This document shows, in pieces, positions 1-9,294 of a stretch of DNA of 64,000 nt. Source of the stretch: Thermoplasmata archaeon (GTDB taxonomy: Archaea > Thermoplasmatota > SW-10-69-26 > JACQPN01 > JAJPHT01). The stretch lies in the NCBI GenBank assembly GCA_034667685.1, contig JAXDQU010000089.1:1-64000 (forward strand), written 5' to 3'. Numbering within the stretch: the stretch's first letter is position 1; each line of letters starts with the position of its first letter. The position numbers and the translations under genes were made by a program. Below the pieces are notes generated by a model. The model worked only from the letters and a program-made list of their open reading frames with translations. It was not told the DNA's origin and searched no databases.

Positions 1-6
1 GAGGGT

Positions 7-68
7 CCCTCGCCTCCCTTCGACTCCCCCAACCTCCCTCCGCCTCCCCGCGCCTCCCTTCGTCCCCT
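7..68. repeat. C-rich ~10-bp tandem repeat tract (e.g. CGCCTCCCTT/CCTCCCTCCG units)
   Basis: Visible periodic C/T-rich units; similar tract at 38278-38350. Confidence 0.6.
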
Positions 69-126
69 GCCGTACGTTCAGTCCCCTCCGCGATATCGTC
101 ACGGCGAGGCGGCTCCACTTTGCTCG

Positions 127-360
127 ATGCCGAAGCTCGTCCTTCAGACCGACGCGAAGATCTGGGAGGAATACCGCCTCTACCAGCGCGACCTCCTGCA
201 GCAGTGCTTCGAGGACGCGAGCCTGATCCTCAAGCGCATGCACTCGCTGCATCCCGCGGAGGAGCTGAGGCTCGTGGTGGAGCTGCTCTTCGAGAAGCGG
301 TGCACGCCGTGGAAGTACTTCCGCGACGAGCAGCGCGCGCTCCAGCTTCGTCACGGATGA
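127..360 (+). CDS. Hypothetical protein, 77 aa
   Basis: ATG start, protein-like composition (MPKLVLQTDAKIWEEY...), GC-rich third positions, unlike the shadow ORFs. Confidence 0.65.
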   Translation: MPKLVLQTDAKIWEEYRLYQRDLLQQCFEDASLILKRMHSLHPAEELRLVVELLFEKRCTPWKYFRDEQRALQLRHG

Positions 361-908
361 CGGCCTTCGTCGAGCCGCCGCGCCGCCTCGCCCAGCGCCG
401 CTTCCTCCTCGTCGCGCCGCGTCTCGCCGTGGGCCTTGCGTAGCGCGTCGGCGATCTCCTGGAATCGCTTCTGCAGGCGGTCGAGCTCGGCCTCGTCCAG
501 GTCCTCGACGTCGATGAGGCGGTTCGAGGCGCCTTCCATCGCGGCGATCAGCTCGTTGAGCTTGATGTGCACGGCCTTGGTGTCGCGGTTCTGCGTGTGC
601 TGGATGAGGAACACCATGAGGAACGTCACGATCGTGGTGCCCGTGTTGATGACGAGCTGCCAGGTGTCCGAGTAGCCGAAGATCGGCCCGGTGGTCGCCC
701 ACACCAGCACGACGAGGATGGCCGTGGCGAAGGCCCAGACGCTGCCCGCCGTCTGCGTCGCGCGGTTGGCCGCCGTGCCGAACCAGCGTTGCACGCGCTG
801 AGGTCCATGCGGCTCCTGGCGGACGGCGGCGGCCAGGATCGCGTCGTGCCGCTCCTCGAGCGCCCTGGTGGCGCGGCGCCGGTCGCGTCGGCTTGCGTGC
901 TGTCCCAT
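351..908 (-). CDS. Low-affinity iron permease family (Fet4-like) membrane protein
   Basis: Signature WATTGPIFGYSDTWQLVINTGTTIVTFLMVFLIQHTQNRD...KLNELI; start placed at MGQH (uncertain). Confidence 0.85.
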   Translation of the reverse strand: MGQHASRRDRRRATRALEERHDAILAAAVRQEPHGPQRVQRWFGTAANRATQTAGSVWAFATAILVVLVWATTGPIFGYSDTWQLVINTGTTIVTFLMVFLIQHTQNRDTKAVHIKLNELIAAMEGASNRLIDVEDLDEAELDRLQKRFQEIADALRKAHGETRRDEEEAALGEAARRLDEGRHP

Positions 909-951
909 GCGCTCGGCTGCGCGGCTCCTTGGCTCCAGGCCTCTGGCCGGT

Positions 952-1431
952 TCATCGCAGCCCGCGTCCCACCAGGCTCGCGGCATAGCCGCGCACGAAC
1001 TCGGCCTGCCCGTTCCACGTCATGACCTCGCGGGCGCGGGGCACGCGCTCCCAATAGTAAGATAGCGCCTGCCCCGCGCTCCATCCCTTCTTGGCGACGA
1101 GGGCGCACGCGACCGCGCTGCCGGTCCGGCCCCAGCCGGCCTTGCAGTGGACCACCGCGGGCACGTCCTCGGGCAGCGCGAGGTAGTCGGCGAGGAACGC
1201 ATCCATCTGCTCGGGGCTTGGCGGCGCGTCGTCGGTCCAGAAGTGGGGCCGCCAGTCGAACCGGCTCGCGAGCGGCGCGGGCACGGCCTCCTCCATGCTG
1301 TAGATGACGCGGATGCCCCCTTCGCGCAGCGCGCGGAAGTGGGCCTCGGTGTAGGGCAGCGGAGAGCGGTGCAGGTTGCCCGCGATGGGCGTCAGGCCGC
1401 CAAGCTGGTCGAACCAGTCCTCCAGGGGCAC
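952..1431 (-). CDS. Dual-specificity / tyrosine protein phosphatase
   Basis: CX5R active-site loop VHCKAGWGRTG; upstream D-loop (WTDDAPP). Confidence 0.88.
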   Translation of the reverse strand: MPLEDWFDQLGGLTPIAGNLHRSPLPYTEAHFRALREGGIRVIYSMEEAVPAPLASRFDWRPHFWTDDAPPSPEQMDAFLADYLALPEDVPAVVHCKAGWGRTGSAVACALVAKKGWSAGQALSYYWERVPRAREVMTWNGQAEFVRGYAASLVGRGLR

Positions 1432-1473
1432 GCGGCCTCATCCGCGCGGATGGGACATGAGCGTTCGGTCGGC

Positions 1474-1579
1474 GACGAAGGGAAGAGGGGAAGACGGGGA
1501 TCGCGGGGGAAGACGGGAACAAGGGCCCCCTTGTTCCCGTCTTCCCTTCTTCCCTCGGGTTTCCCTTCTTCCCCTCGTC
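1474..1579. repeat. Purine/pyrimidine palindromic repeat (family A; GGGAAGA-rich arm, TCTTCCC-rich arm)
   Basis: Core GGGAAGACGGGAACAAGGG-ccc-CCCTTGTTCCCGTCTTCCC; related elements at 32684-32807 and 63292-63343. Confidence 0.75.
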
Positions 1580-3323
1580 AGCCGCAGAGCCCGAGCCCGT
1601 CGTCGACGCAGTCGACGTCGCGCAGCTCGTAGTCGGTGCCGACCGGGACGCCCAGCGCCGCGCCGGAGAAGCGGTTGGTCGGGTTGGCGGAGGCGCCGGC
1701 GGCGGGGCTCCACCAGTCCGCGGGATCGCAGTCCCAGCCGCCCACGACGCCCGCGCCCGGGCCGATGGCGCCTTCGCAGGCCGCGTCCCCGTACGTCCCC
1801 GCGTTGCCCGGCGTGAGGAGGCCGCCGGCGCCCACGCGCGCGTAGAAGGTGACGTAGGCCGGCGCGCCGAGCGCGAGCTGTCCGCGGTTGAGCGCGCGCG
1901 GCCCGGCGAGGCCCGCGTCGAGGCTGTGCCAGCCGGGGCCGTTGCCGTTGATATCACGGAGCGCCGCGAGGCCGAAGTCCTGCGTGTTCATGCCGTGGCC
2001 CAGCAGGTCGCCCAGCGCGGGCGCGCCGAGGTTGCCGTCGGTGAGCGCGCCGCCCTCCTGGTTCGAGACGCGCATCTGCTGGAAGTCGAAGGTGATATCA
2101 CTCTGGCGGCGGCCGCGCGTTGCGTCGGTGCCCGCGACGTCGTCCTCCGGGAGCGGCGCCTTGCCCAGGAGCGGGCCCGGGCCGAGGCCGGCGGCGGGCG
2201 CGACGTCGTGCTGCGGGTCGCACCGGTCCAGCGCGCCAAGCTCCGCGTCCTGCGCCGCGTCGTAGAGCGAGCCGCTCGCATCCGACGAGGGCGCCACGGC
2301 CGGGAGCGTGGCGAGGTTGCCGTTGGCGTCGTCCGCGTTCTCGTAGAAGCGCGGCGGGCCGCCGTTGGGGTCGTCGGAGAAGACGGTGACGTACGCCACG
2401 CCCTCGACGCCCTTGCTGCCCGCGAGGAGGTAGTGATCCTGCGCCGGCTCGGGGTCGGCGAACGTGATGGGGAAGACGCCCGGGTCGCGCACCGGCGTGC
2501 CGCGCGGGTCCGCGCAGTCCCAGAGCGACGCCGCGGGGTGGCCGCTGCCACGTTGCAGGAGGCCGGTGCGCCCCGCGGAGGGATCGCCGAAGAGGCTGAC
2601 CGGCGCGTGCAGGTCGGGAATGGGAAGCGCCGCCACGGTGTCCGTCGTGTCCTCGCAGGCGACGTCGCCCAGCGCTCCGCCGGTGGAGCTGGTGGTGCCG
2701 CGCGGGAGCGGCCAGACGGGGCATGCGCGCGCGGGCGGGTCGCCGGGCAGCCCGACGTCGCCCCAGACGCGCGCGGTGGGGTCGTCGATCATGTGCGGGA
2801 TGCGGTAGGTGTCCTCGTCGGGGCGCTGCGACCACGCCGCGGGGCCGATCCAGAGCAGCTCGGTCACGAGGCCGGCGCTGCCGCCCAGGCCCAGCGTGGG
2901 GTTGTTCGTGCCGCCGTCGTGGTTCCAGAGCGAGCCCACGGGACAGATCGCGTAGTCGACGGGCGCGCCCGCGACCTGCGCGTCGTTGGGCGTGTATTCG
3001 AGCAGCGCGCCTTGCGCGGCGCCGAGGTAGCCGTCGCGGTTGCAGTCGCGCCACACGCCGAGGTAGGCCGTGTAGGAGGGGGTGGGGTCCGCGACGCGCG
3101 TGCCGAGCGCCGCGTCGTTGGGGTTCTGCCCCGTGGTCGCGGCCTCGGCGACGACGTCGAAGAAGACGTGCAGGTTGGCGTCCGCGCCCGCGGTCGAGGT
3201 CCACATGAGCCCGTCCTCGCGGTCGCGTTGCGTGCTCGGCTCGGTGTCGCCGTGGAACGTCCAGGCTGCGCCAAGCGGAGCCGCGAGGACGAGGGCGAGC
3301 AGGGCGACCGCGAGCCGGGGCAC
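1578..3323 (-). CDS. Secreted hypothetical protein, 581 aa, acidic, Gly/Asp/Cys-containing
   Basis: Signal peptide RLAVALLALVLAAPLGAA; DCNRDGYLG EF-hand-like motif; coupled to the upstream gene. Confidence 0.8.
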   Translation of the reverse strand: MPRLAVALLALVLAAPLGAAWTFHGDTEPSTQRDREDGLMWTSTAGADANLHVFFDVVAEAATTGQNPNDAALGTRVADPTPSYTAYLGVWRDCNRDGYLGAAQGALLEYTPNDAQVAGAPVDYAICPVGSLWNHDGGTNNPTLGLGGSAGLVTELLWIGPAAWSQRPDEDTYRIPHMIDDPTARVWGDVGLPGDPPARACPVWPLPRGTTSSTGGALGDVACEDTTDTVAALPIPDLHAPVSLFGDPSAGRTGLLQRGSGHPAASLWDCADPRGTPVRDPGVFPITFADPEPAQDHYLLAGSKGVEGVAYVTVFSDDPNGGPPRFYENADDANGNLATLPAVAPSSDASGSLYDAAQDAELGALDRCDPQHDVAPAAGLGPGPLLGKAPLPEDDVAGTDATRGRRQSDITFDFQQMRVSNQEGGALTDGNLGAPALGDLLGHGMNTQDFGLAALRDINGNGPGWHSLDAGLAGPRALNRGQLALGAPAYVTFYARVGAGGLLTPGNAGTYGDAACEGAIGPGAGVVGGWDCDPADWWSPAAGASANPTNRFSGAALGVPVGTDYELRDVDCVDDGLGLCG

Positions 3324-3333
3324 GAGGATCGCC

Positions 3334-3885
3334 TCAGTAGAGGTCCGTGTCGCCGCAGTCAGGGTACGCCGCGGGGCACGTGCCGGGCGGGTAGGCGGTC
3401 ACGACGAACTGATAGCTGACGCCGGGCGCGGTGATCTTCGCGTCGACGTCGAACTGCATGCCCGCGTTGTCCGCGCCGAAGTCGGGGACCAGGCACGCGG
3501 AGTCGACGCCCGGCGAGGGGCCGTCGCAGTGGTCCGCGCGCGGGTTCGTGGCCGCGTTCTTGCTGTCGACGTGGACGCCAGCCGCGGTGTAGTAGTGGAT
3601 GTCGAGGTCGTAGGCCGTCGCGGGCGTGCTGGTGACGCTCACGAGGTGGGCGACGAGGAACCAGTCCGCGCCGGGGCTGGGGAAGAAGACGGAGTCGATG
3701 CCGTTCTGCTTCGTGTTCGCGCCGAGGGCGCCGATGACGCCGGGCGCGACGAACGAGCCCGCGTAGGTGCACGTGCCGTCCGCGTTGGCGGTGCCGCCCG
3801 CGCACGGGTCGTCCGCGCCGGCGATCGAGGTGGCGCCCGCGAGGGCGAGGAGAGCGAGGGCGGTGAGGATGGCGAGGGTGCGCAT
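3334..3885 (-). CDS. Secreted hypothetical protein, 183 aa, with paired cysteines
   Basis: Signal peptide MRTLAILTALALLALAGATSIAGA; YDLDIHYY motif. Confidence 0.8.
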   Translation of the reverse strand: MRTLAILTALALLALAGATSIAGADDPCAGGTANADGTCTYAGSFVAPGVIGALGANTKQNGIDSVFFPSPGADWFLVAHLVSVTSTPATAYDLDIHYYTAAGVHVDSKNAATNPRADHCDGPSPGVDSACLVPDFGADNAGMQFDVDAKITAPGVSYQFVVTAYPPGTCPAAYPDCGDTDLY

Positions 3886-4065
3886 GGGGATGAGCCTCCG
3901 AGCGAAGCCGGCCACGCGGTCCGACGAGATATAATTGATTCAAAAATTGGGGAAACGGACAGGCCTTCCCTAGAGCCGCGCTTGACCATCGCAGTCACCC
4001 CCGGCCGTGGTGACATGCGTCGAAGATTGCGGAAGACTGATGGGACCCGCCCGGGTTGACGTCGC

Positions 4066-4350
4066 GTGGCCGACCTCGGAGCGCCCGTCGCCATCGCCGC
4101 CATCGTCGCGACACTCTGCGCGCTGCTCGCCGTCGCCTCGTGGCGCGCGCTGGTGCGCACCGGCAACCGCGGCATCTACTGGGTCGTCGCCGCGTTCTGC
4201 GTGATGGCGCTGAAGAACTTCGTCAAGGCGTTCACGCTGGGCACGACCGGCGAGACGCCCGGCGAGGAGCTCGTCTTCAGCCTGCTCGACCTCGCCACGG
4301 TGAGCCTCTTCGCGTGGCCGCTGCTGCGCCGCATGGGAGTGGGCGCCTGA
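4066..4350 (+). CDS. Small 3-TM membrane protein, partner of the downstream wHTH regulator
   Basis: Three hydrophobic segments; TGATG overlap with the next gene. Confidence 0.75.
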   Translation: MADLGAPVAIAAIVATLCALLAVASWRALVRTGNRGIYWVVAAFCVMALKNFVKAFTLGTTGETPGEELVFSLLDLATVSLFAWPLLRRMGVGA

Positions 4351-4862
4351 TGCCGGTCCGCGGCGAGATCCTGGCCTTCGTCGAGCGCTACCCCGGCGTC
4401 CACGCGCGCGAGGTCGAGCGCCAGATGGGCCTTTCCGACCGGCTCGCGGGCTATCACCTGGAGGCCCTGGCCGCGGACGGGGCGCTCGCGCGCGTCGAGG
4501 ACGCGGGCTACGTCCGCTACTTCCCCACCGAGACGAGCCGTCGCCTCTCGGCGCGCGACCTGGCCTTCGTCTGCCTCCTGCGCCGTCCCCCCGCGCTCCA
4601 GATCACGCTGCTGCTCCTGGCGAACCGCGAGCTGACGCCCGGCGCCATCGCCGACGAGCTCGCCCTCGCGCGCCCCTCCGTGAGCTATCATCTGAAGGAC
4701 CTCGCGGAGCACGACGTGGTCACGGCGCGCCGCGAGGGACGCGAGCGACGCTACGCGCTGCGCGACCCGGCCTACGCGCGCCGCATGCTCGCCTCGTTCC
4801 ACCCGCTGCCGGGCGACCTCGACGCCTTCTCGCGCCTCTGGGACGACCTGGTGGGGCGCTGA
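4350..4862 (+). CDS. Double winged-helix transcriptional regulator (ArsR/MarR-like)
   Basis: RGEILAFVERYPGVHAREVER...YHLEAL and a second HTH LTPGAIADELALARPSVSYHLKDL. Confidence 0.88.
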   Translation: MPVRGEILAFVERYPGVHAREVERQMGLSDRLAGYHLEALAADGALARVEDAGYVRYFPTETSRRLSARDLAFVCLLRRPPALQITLLLLANRELTPGAIADELALARPSVSYHLKDLAEHDVVTARREGRERRYALRDPAYARRMLASFHPLPGDLDAFSRLWDDLVGR

Positions 4863-4918
4863 GCCTGGAAACGCGGCGCATCGGAAGCTTATGCCCCCCG
4901 GTGCTGATCCGCGCTCGC

Positions 4919-5122
4919 ATGCGAGCCACCCTTCTCGTCGCCGCCGCCCTGCTCTCCCTCGCCGTGCTGACCGCCCTGCCGGCCGCGAGCGCCGACTGCA
5001 ACGTCCAGGGCCCCGTGATCGTCTGCCAGCAGTGGGCGCCGCTGCCGCGCGACATGGGCTGGTACCAGCAGACCTGCGTCTACACGCAGCTCTCGCCTGC
5101 GGGCGTCTGCGTTCTTCCCTAG
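4919..5122 (+). CDS. Small secreted 4-Cys peptide, 67 aa
   Basis: Signal peptide ending ASA, then DCNVQG...C...C...CVLP; CTTATG TATA-like box about 30 nt upstream. Confidence 0.7.
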   Translation: MRATLLVAAALLSLAVLTALPAASADCNVQGPVIVCQQWAPLPRDMGWYQQTCVYTQLSPAGVCVLP

Positions 5123-5970
5123 GGCGTCTCCGTGGGATGGGGCGCCGGCGCTTCTGTCTCGCCCCGCACGACCGCCGTCGCGACGTCGCGCAGCCCCACG
5201 CCCTTGCTCTGCCACTTGCGCGCCGCGATGCCGGACTTCAGCTCGCCGAACGCGTCCTGCAGGCCTTCGCGGATGATCTGGTTGAGCTCCGGGCCTGTCA
5301 GCATGGCGGCCAAGGCGTCGACCATTTCCTCGCGCGTCTCGTCCACCCAGCGGTCCACGACGCCGAACGAGGTGAGCCGCTGGAGCTTGGGGCTGGAGGC
5401 GATCGCGCGGTCCACCGCCTTCTCGATGAGGTCGCGCCGCTCGTCGAGCCGCTTGCCGATCGCCCCCGCGTAGTCGCGGTTGACCATGCTGTCCTCGAGC
5501 ACGATGGCGAGGCGCATCAGCAGCGGGTCGGTCAGCTCCTCGATGAGCATGTAGCGGTAGCGCTCGAAGAGGCCGCGCAGCACGCGCGCCCCGAACGCGC
5601 GGTCGATGGCCTCGCCGGTGCGCAGGATCAGGATGATGACCTGCACGACGATGAAGAAGCGCGCGGGCACGAGGATCGGGAACGTCAGCGGGAAGACGCC
5701 CAGCGCGTAGATCCAGTAGCGCCGCAGCCAGCGGCCCGGCGCCTCGACGACCATGACCTTGAACAGGAATGCCGCGCCGTAGAGCGCCACGAGCACGAGG
5801 TCGAGGATGCGCAGCCCGTTCTGCTCGTCCGCCGGCAGCGCATTGGTCCGGTCGAGCAGGAAGACCATCAGGCTCGTGAACGCGAGGATCAGGATCGCGA
5901 TGTCCACGAAGTACAGGTTGTCGCGCAGGCGCAGGCGCGCGGCTTGCGGGACGGGCGTGGGGGCCGCCAT
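5119..5970 (-). CDS. Membrane protein with ion-transport-like N-terminal TM domain and helical C-terminus
   Basis: Four TM segments (ILDLVLVALY...WLRRYW) resembling a voltage-sensor-like domain; no pore motif seen. Confidence 0.7.
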   Translation of the reverse strand: MAAPTPVPQAARLRLRDNLYFVDIAILILAFTSLMVFLLDRTNALPADEQNGLRILDLVLVALYGAAFLFKVMVVEAPGRWLRRYWIYALGVFPLTFPILVPARFFIVVQVIILILRTGEAIDRAFGARVLRGLFERYRYMLIEELTDPLLMRLAIVLEDSMVNRDYAGAIGKRLDERRDLIEKAVDRAIASSPKLQRLTSFGVVDRWVDETREEMVDALAAMLTGPELNQIIREGLQDAFGELKSGIAARKWQSKGVGLRDVATAVVRGETEAPAPHPTETP

Positions 5971-6018
5971 CGCTCCTGGCATCGGAGGCTCTGGCGTTTC
6001 CGGGTTGCGATGTCTCCC

Positions 6019-6100
6019 GGGCCCAAGTCCGATTCCGATTCCGAGTCCTCTTCCGATTCCGAGCCCCGCGGAATCGGACTCGGAAGAGGAATCGGACCCG
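6019..6100. repeat. Palindromic element made of CCGATT/AATCGG hexamer repeats
   Basis: TCCGATTCCGATTCCGAGTCC...GGAATCGGACTCGGAAGAGGAATCGGA. Confidence 0.7.
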
Positions 6101-6158
6101 ACACCCATCCATGTTTTCATCCACTACCCTTAATAGTGAGTCGTCACTACCGACGCGC

Positions 6159-6443
6159 ATGCAGGAGTCGATCCCTCCTCCGCCGCGCATCGAGGGGCGC
6201 GGGCCCACCCTGGCGAAGATCGACGAGGTCGAGTCGATCCTCCGCGCCGCGGACGAGCCGATCAGCGTCAACGAGGTCATGCGCCGCATGAAGGCGAAGG
6301 CCGTCGACCGGCGCAGCGTGAACCTCGCCATCGCGCACCTGGCGCGCTTCGGCGTCGTCGTGACGGGCAGCAAGGGCGTGCAGTGGGTGCCGCCCGCTTC
6401 GCCGCAGCTCCAACGCGCCATCTCCAAGGGCAAGCGGCTTTGA
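6159..6443 (+). CDS. Small winged-helix protein, putative antitoxin/regulator
   Basis: PTLAKIDEVESILRAADEPISVNEVMRRM; stop abuts the ATG of the next gene. Confidence 0.7.
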   Translation: MQESIPPPPRIEGRGPTLAKIDEVESILRAADEPISVNEVMRRMKAKAVDRRSVNLAIAHLARFGVVVTGSKGVQWVPPASPQLQRAISKGKRL

Positions 6444-6788
6444 ATGGGCGTCCGCGCGCACGAGATCAGCCTCACCGACGACGCCGATGCGGCGCTGCGC
6501 GGGCTCGAAGCCTCCGCCGATCCGCGGGCGCGCTCGGTGGCGCGGAAGGCTCGCGCGCTCCGGGCGACGCTGCTCGCCGACGCGCTCCACGGCGAGGTCG
6601 TGAAGCGTCCGCTCCCGAAAACGCTCGTGAAGAAGCACGGCGTCGACAACCTGTACGTGGAGGATCTGCCCGACTTCTGGCGGCTCCTCTACACCCTCGT
6701 CCGCGTCGGCGTCGAGCGGCACGTCGTCGTCGTGGAGATCGTCGACCATCCGACGTATGACAAGTGGTTCGGAGGCAAGGCCAAGTGA
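6444..6788 (+). CDS. Putative RelE/ParE-fold toxin-like protein
   Basis: 114 aa, basic; NLYVEDLPDFWRLLYTL...VVVEIVDHPTYDKWFG resembles the RelE RLLY/IxxH pattern. Confidence 0.6.
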   Translation: MGVRAHEISLTDDADAALRGLEASADPRARSVARKARALRATLLADALHGEVVKRPLPKTLVKKHGVDNLYVEDLPDFWRLLYTLVRVGVERHVVVVEIVDHPTYDKWFGGKAK

Positions 6789-7693
6789 CCGACAACCGCC
6801 CCTTCTACGCCCTCGCCGCCGTCATCGCGCTGGTCGCGCTGGCGCTCCTCGTCCCCGCCTCGCGCGCGTTCCTGGCGCAGCACGTGGGCGAGCCGTTGCG
6901 CGGGCAGGCCGATCCCGGGAGCGGCGCGCGCGTGGGCTACGACCTCGTCAGCCTCGCGTTCTGGGCGCTCGTGGGCGCGGCGTTCGCGTGGGCCGCCTAC
7001 GAGCTGCTCTTCCGCCGGCTGGGCATGCGCCCCGACGCGCGCTTCTTCGCCGCGCTGGCTCCCTTCCTCCTCTTCGGGCCGCTGCTCCACGCGCTCCTCG
7101 CGGTGGGCATCCTCTCGGGGCCGTGGGCGTACCCGGCCGCCGAGCCGCTCGTGTACCTCACGACCGCGGCGCTGGCGCTGGGTGCGCTCCTGGCGGCGCG
7201 CGCGGCGGGGCGCTGGCAGGCCGCGCCGATGCTGGGGCTCGTGCTGCTCGTGCCGCTCCTGGCCGTCGCGGGCGCGCACACCGCGCGAGGCAACGCGCTG
7301 CGCGTCGCGGTCATCCTCGCCCTTGCGCTCGTCCCCGCCCTCGCGCTGGGCTACGCCTACGCGCGGCTGCGGCGCGACGTGCCCTTCGCGGGCGCCGCGC
7401 TCGTGGTGGGCGCGCACGCGCTCGACGGCGCCACGACGTGGATGGTGCTGCGCGACCCGTTCGGGCTGGGCTTCCGGACGTTCGGCGAGAAGAACCCCGT
7501 GAGCGAGACGCTCGTGCAGATCGGCGACGGCTGGCCCTACTTCGCGGTGAAGCTCGCGCTGCCGCTCGTGCTGCTCTGGCTCGTGCGCCCCGAGGAGAAG
7601 GAGCGCGACCTGCACGCCTTCCTCCTGCTCGCCGTCTTCATCCTGGGCTGGGGGCCGGGCATGGCGAACCTGCTCCAGGTGATGCTCGGGTGA
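6785..7693 (+). CDS. DUF63 family archaeal membrane protein
   Basis: Multi-TM; FFAALAPFLLFG, AHALDGATTW, EKNP, LGWGPGM motifs; GTGA overlap. Confidence 0.75.
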   Translation: MTDNRPFYALAAVIALVALALLVPASRAFLAQHVGEPLRGQADPGSGARVGYDLVSLAFWALVGAAFAWAAYELLFRRLGMRPDARFFAALAPFLLFGPLLHALLAVGILSGPWAYPAAEPLVYLTTAALALGALLAARAAGRWQAAPMLGLVLLVPLLAVAGAHTARGNALRVAVILALALVPALALGYAYARLRRDVPFAGAALVVGAHALDGATTWMVLRDPFGLGFRTFGEKNPVSETLVQIGDGWPYFAVKLALPLVLLWLVRPEEKERDLHAFLLLAVFILGWGPGMANLLQVMLG

Positions 7694-8256
7694 GCGAGCT
7701 CGTCCTCGCCAGCGCCTCGCCGCGCCGCGCGCGCCTGCTCACCGAGGCCGGCATCCCGTTCCGCGTCTTCGCCACGCACGTCGACGAGACGGTGGCCGAG
7801 GGGACGCCGCCCGCGCTCGCCGCCGTCGAGCTGGCCGTCCGCAAGGCCGAGGCCGTGCCGCGCGGCCGCGCGTGGGTGCTCGCGGCCGACACGGTGATCG
7901 ACCTCGACGGCGCGATCGTGGGCAAGCCGCGCGACCGCGACGACGCGCGCCGCATCCTTGCCTCCCTCTCGGGGCGCGAGCACTGGGTCGCGACGGGCGT
8001 CGCGCTGCGCGCCGAGGGCGAGGTGCGCACCGGCCTCGCGCAGACGCGCGTCGCCTTCCGTGATATCACGGCGCGCGAGATCGAGGACTACGTCGCCACG
8101 GGCGAGCCGATGGACAAGGCGGGCGCGTACGCGATCCAGGGCGGCGCCGCGCGGTTCGTGGCGCGCGTCGACGGACCGATGGACAACGTGGTCGGGCTGC
8201 CGATGGACGTCGTGGGGCGCCTGCTCACCGAGGCGCGTGGATCTGGCTTCAGCTAG
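7690..8256 (+). CDS. maf: Maf nucleoside-triphosphate pyrophosphatase
   Basis: LVLASASPRR, VLAADTVI, GKP, DKAGAYAIQG, NVVGLP. Confidence 0.95.
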   Translation: MSELVLASASPRRARLLTEAGIPFRVFATHVDETVAEGTPPALAAVELAVRKAEAVPRGRAWVLAADTVIDLDGAIVGKPRDRDDARRILASLSGREHWVATGVALRAEGEVRTGLAQTRVAFRDITAREIEDYVATGEPMDKAGAYAIQGGAARFVARVDGPMDNVVGLPMDVVGRLLTEARGSGFS

Positions 8257-8694
8257 CTATCGTTCCGGCCGCTCCACACCCTGCGGGGCGTGGATCAGTC
8301 CGTTCTTCGCCCGATAGCGCCTGACGCCGCGCATCAGGAAGAGCGTGCCGCCGGCCGAGAGCGATCCGGCGACGAGCGCGGGGACGACGAGCAGCATCGC
8401 GAGGTCGAGCGGCGGGAACGACTGGCCGCGCGCGAGGTCGATGCCGACGGGCGTGGCGAAGAAGGCGAAGGTGGCGAGGAAGCCGGCCAGGCCGCCCACG
8501 AGCGTCGCGTAGTCGTGGCCGCGCCGGTAGAGCTGCATGGCGAAGCCGCACGCGAGGAACATGCCTGCGAACATCATCGCGGCGAACGCGGCGGGGGTGA
8601 AGTTGTCGGTGAGGACGACGGCGGCGCCGCCGGCGGCCCCCAGGACCGTCAGGCCCGCGACCGAGCTGACGGCCCAGAGGGTGGACTCCTGCAT
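8257..8694 (-). CDS. Hypothetical 4-TM membrane protein
   Basis: MQESTLWAVSS...; four hydrophobic stretches. Confidence 0.7.
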   Translation of the reverse strand: MQESTLWAVSSVAGLTVLGAAGGAAVVLTDNFTPAAFAAMMFAGMFLACGFAMQLYRRGHDYATLVGGLAGFLATFAFFATPVGIDLARGQSFPPLDLAMLLVVPALVAGSLSAGGTLFLMRGVRRYRAKNGLIHAPQGVERPER

Positions 8695-8744
8695 GGCGGG
8701 GGGTCTCTGGCATCCCCACCTAAAGCCAGCGGAAAGTCCGACGC

Positions 8745-8963
8745 CTACTGCCACTCGCAGCGGATCTCGCCGGTGTCGGGATAGTACCAGCAGACGATGC
8801 AGTTGCCCACGCGCGGGGGCAGGCCGGGGCAATTGGAGCTGGGCGTGCCGCACTCGCCGATGAGCTGCTCGACGGTGCAGAGCGAGGGGGGCGTTGCCGC
8901 GGCGATGCCCGTCGCGAAGAAGCCGGTCACCAGCATGGCGGAGATCAGGAGCATGGTCTTCAT
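8745..8963 (-). CDS. Secreted 6-Cys peptide, 72 aa (array member 5)
   Basis: Signal peptide + TPPSLC...CG.P...C...CIVCW...IRCEWQ. Confidence 0.8.
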   Translation of the reverse strand: MKTMLLISAMLVTGFFATGIAAATPPSLCTVEQLIGECGTPSSNCPGLPPRVGNCIVCWYYPDTGEIRCEWQ

Positions 8964-8996
8964 GCAAAAGAGGGGAGCGCGCCCCGCGGCTCACGC

Positions 8997-9016
8997 TTTG
9001 GGGCGCAAACGCTTTC
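8997..9016 (-). promoter_or_regulatory. Conserved 20-bp upstream motif, copy 1 (GAAAGCGTTTGCGCCCCAAA)
   Basis: 3' end lies 34 nt upstream of the ATG at 8963. Confidence 0.75.
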
Positions 9017-9017
9017 C

Positions 9018-9239
9018 TCAGTGCCACGTGCAGTGGAGGCTCGTCGGGTCGCCCTGCTCGGTCCAGCACTGGAAGCAGCTGTTGTCGGAGACGCACTGGG
9101 GCGTGGGGATGCCGCAGCCGCCGTTCTGGAAGCAGAAGTCGTTGGGGTCGGGAGGGAAGCCCGGGGGTGTGGCCGACGCCGCGCCCACGAGCAGGAGTCC
9201 GGTGGCGAGCAGTCCGAGGACGAGCATGGTGGATTTCAT
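9018..9239 (-). CDS. Secreted 6-Cys peptide, 73 aa (array member 4)
   Basis: MKSTMLVLGLL...ASA + TPPGFPPDPNDFC...CG.P...C...CFQCW...LHCTWH; paralogous to 8745-8963. Confidence 0.8.
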   Translation of the reverse strand: MKSTMLVLGLLATGLLLVGAASATPPGFPPDPNDFCFQNGGCGIPTPQCVSDNSCFQCWTEQGDPTSLHCTWH

Positions 9240-9272
9240 GCGCGGCTCGGAACGCCACGCTCCGGCTCCTGG

Positions 9273-9292
9273 TTTGGGGCGCAACGGCTTTC
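9273..9292 (-). promoter_or_regulatory. Conserved 20-bp upstream motif, copy 2 (GAAAGCCGTTGCGCCCCAAA)
   Basis: 3' end lies 34 nt upstream of the ATG at 9239. Confidence 0.75.
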
Positions 9293-9294
9293 GC

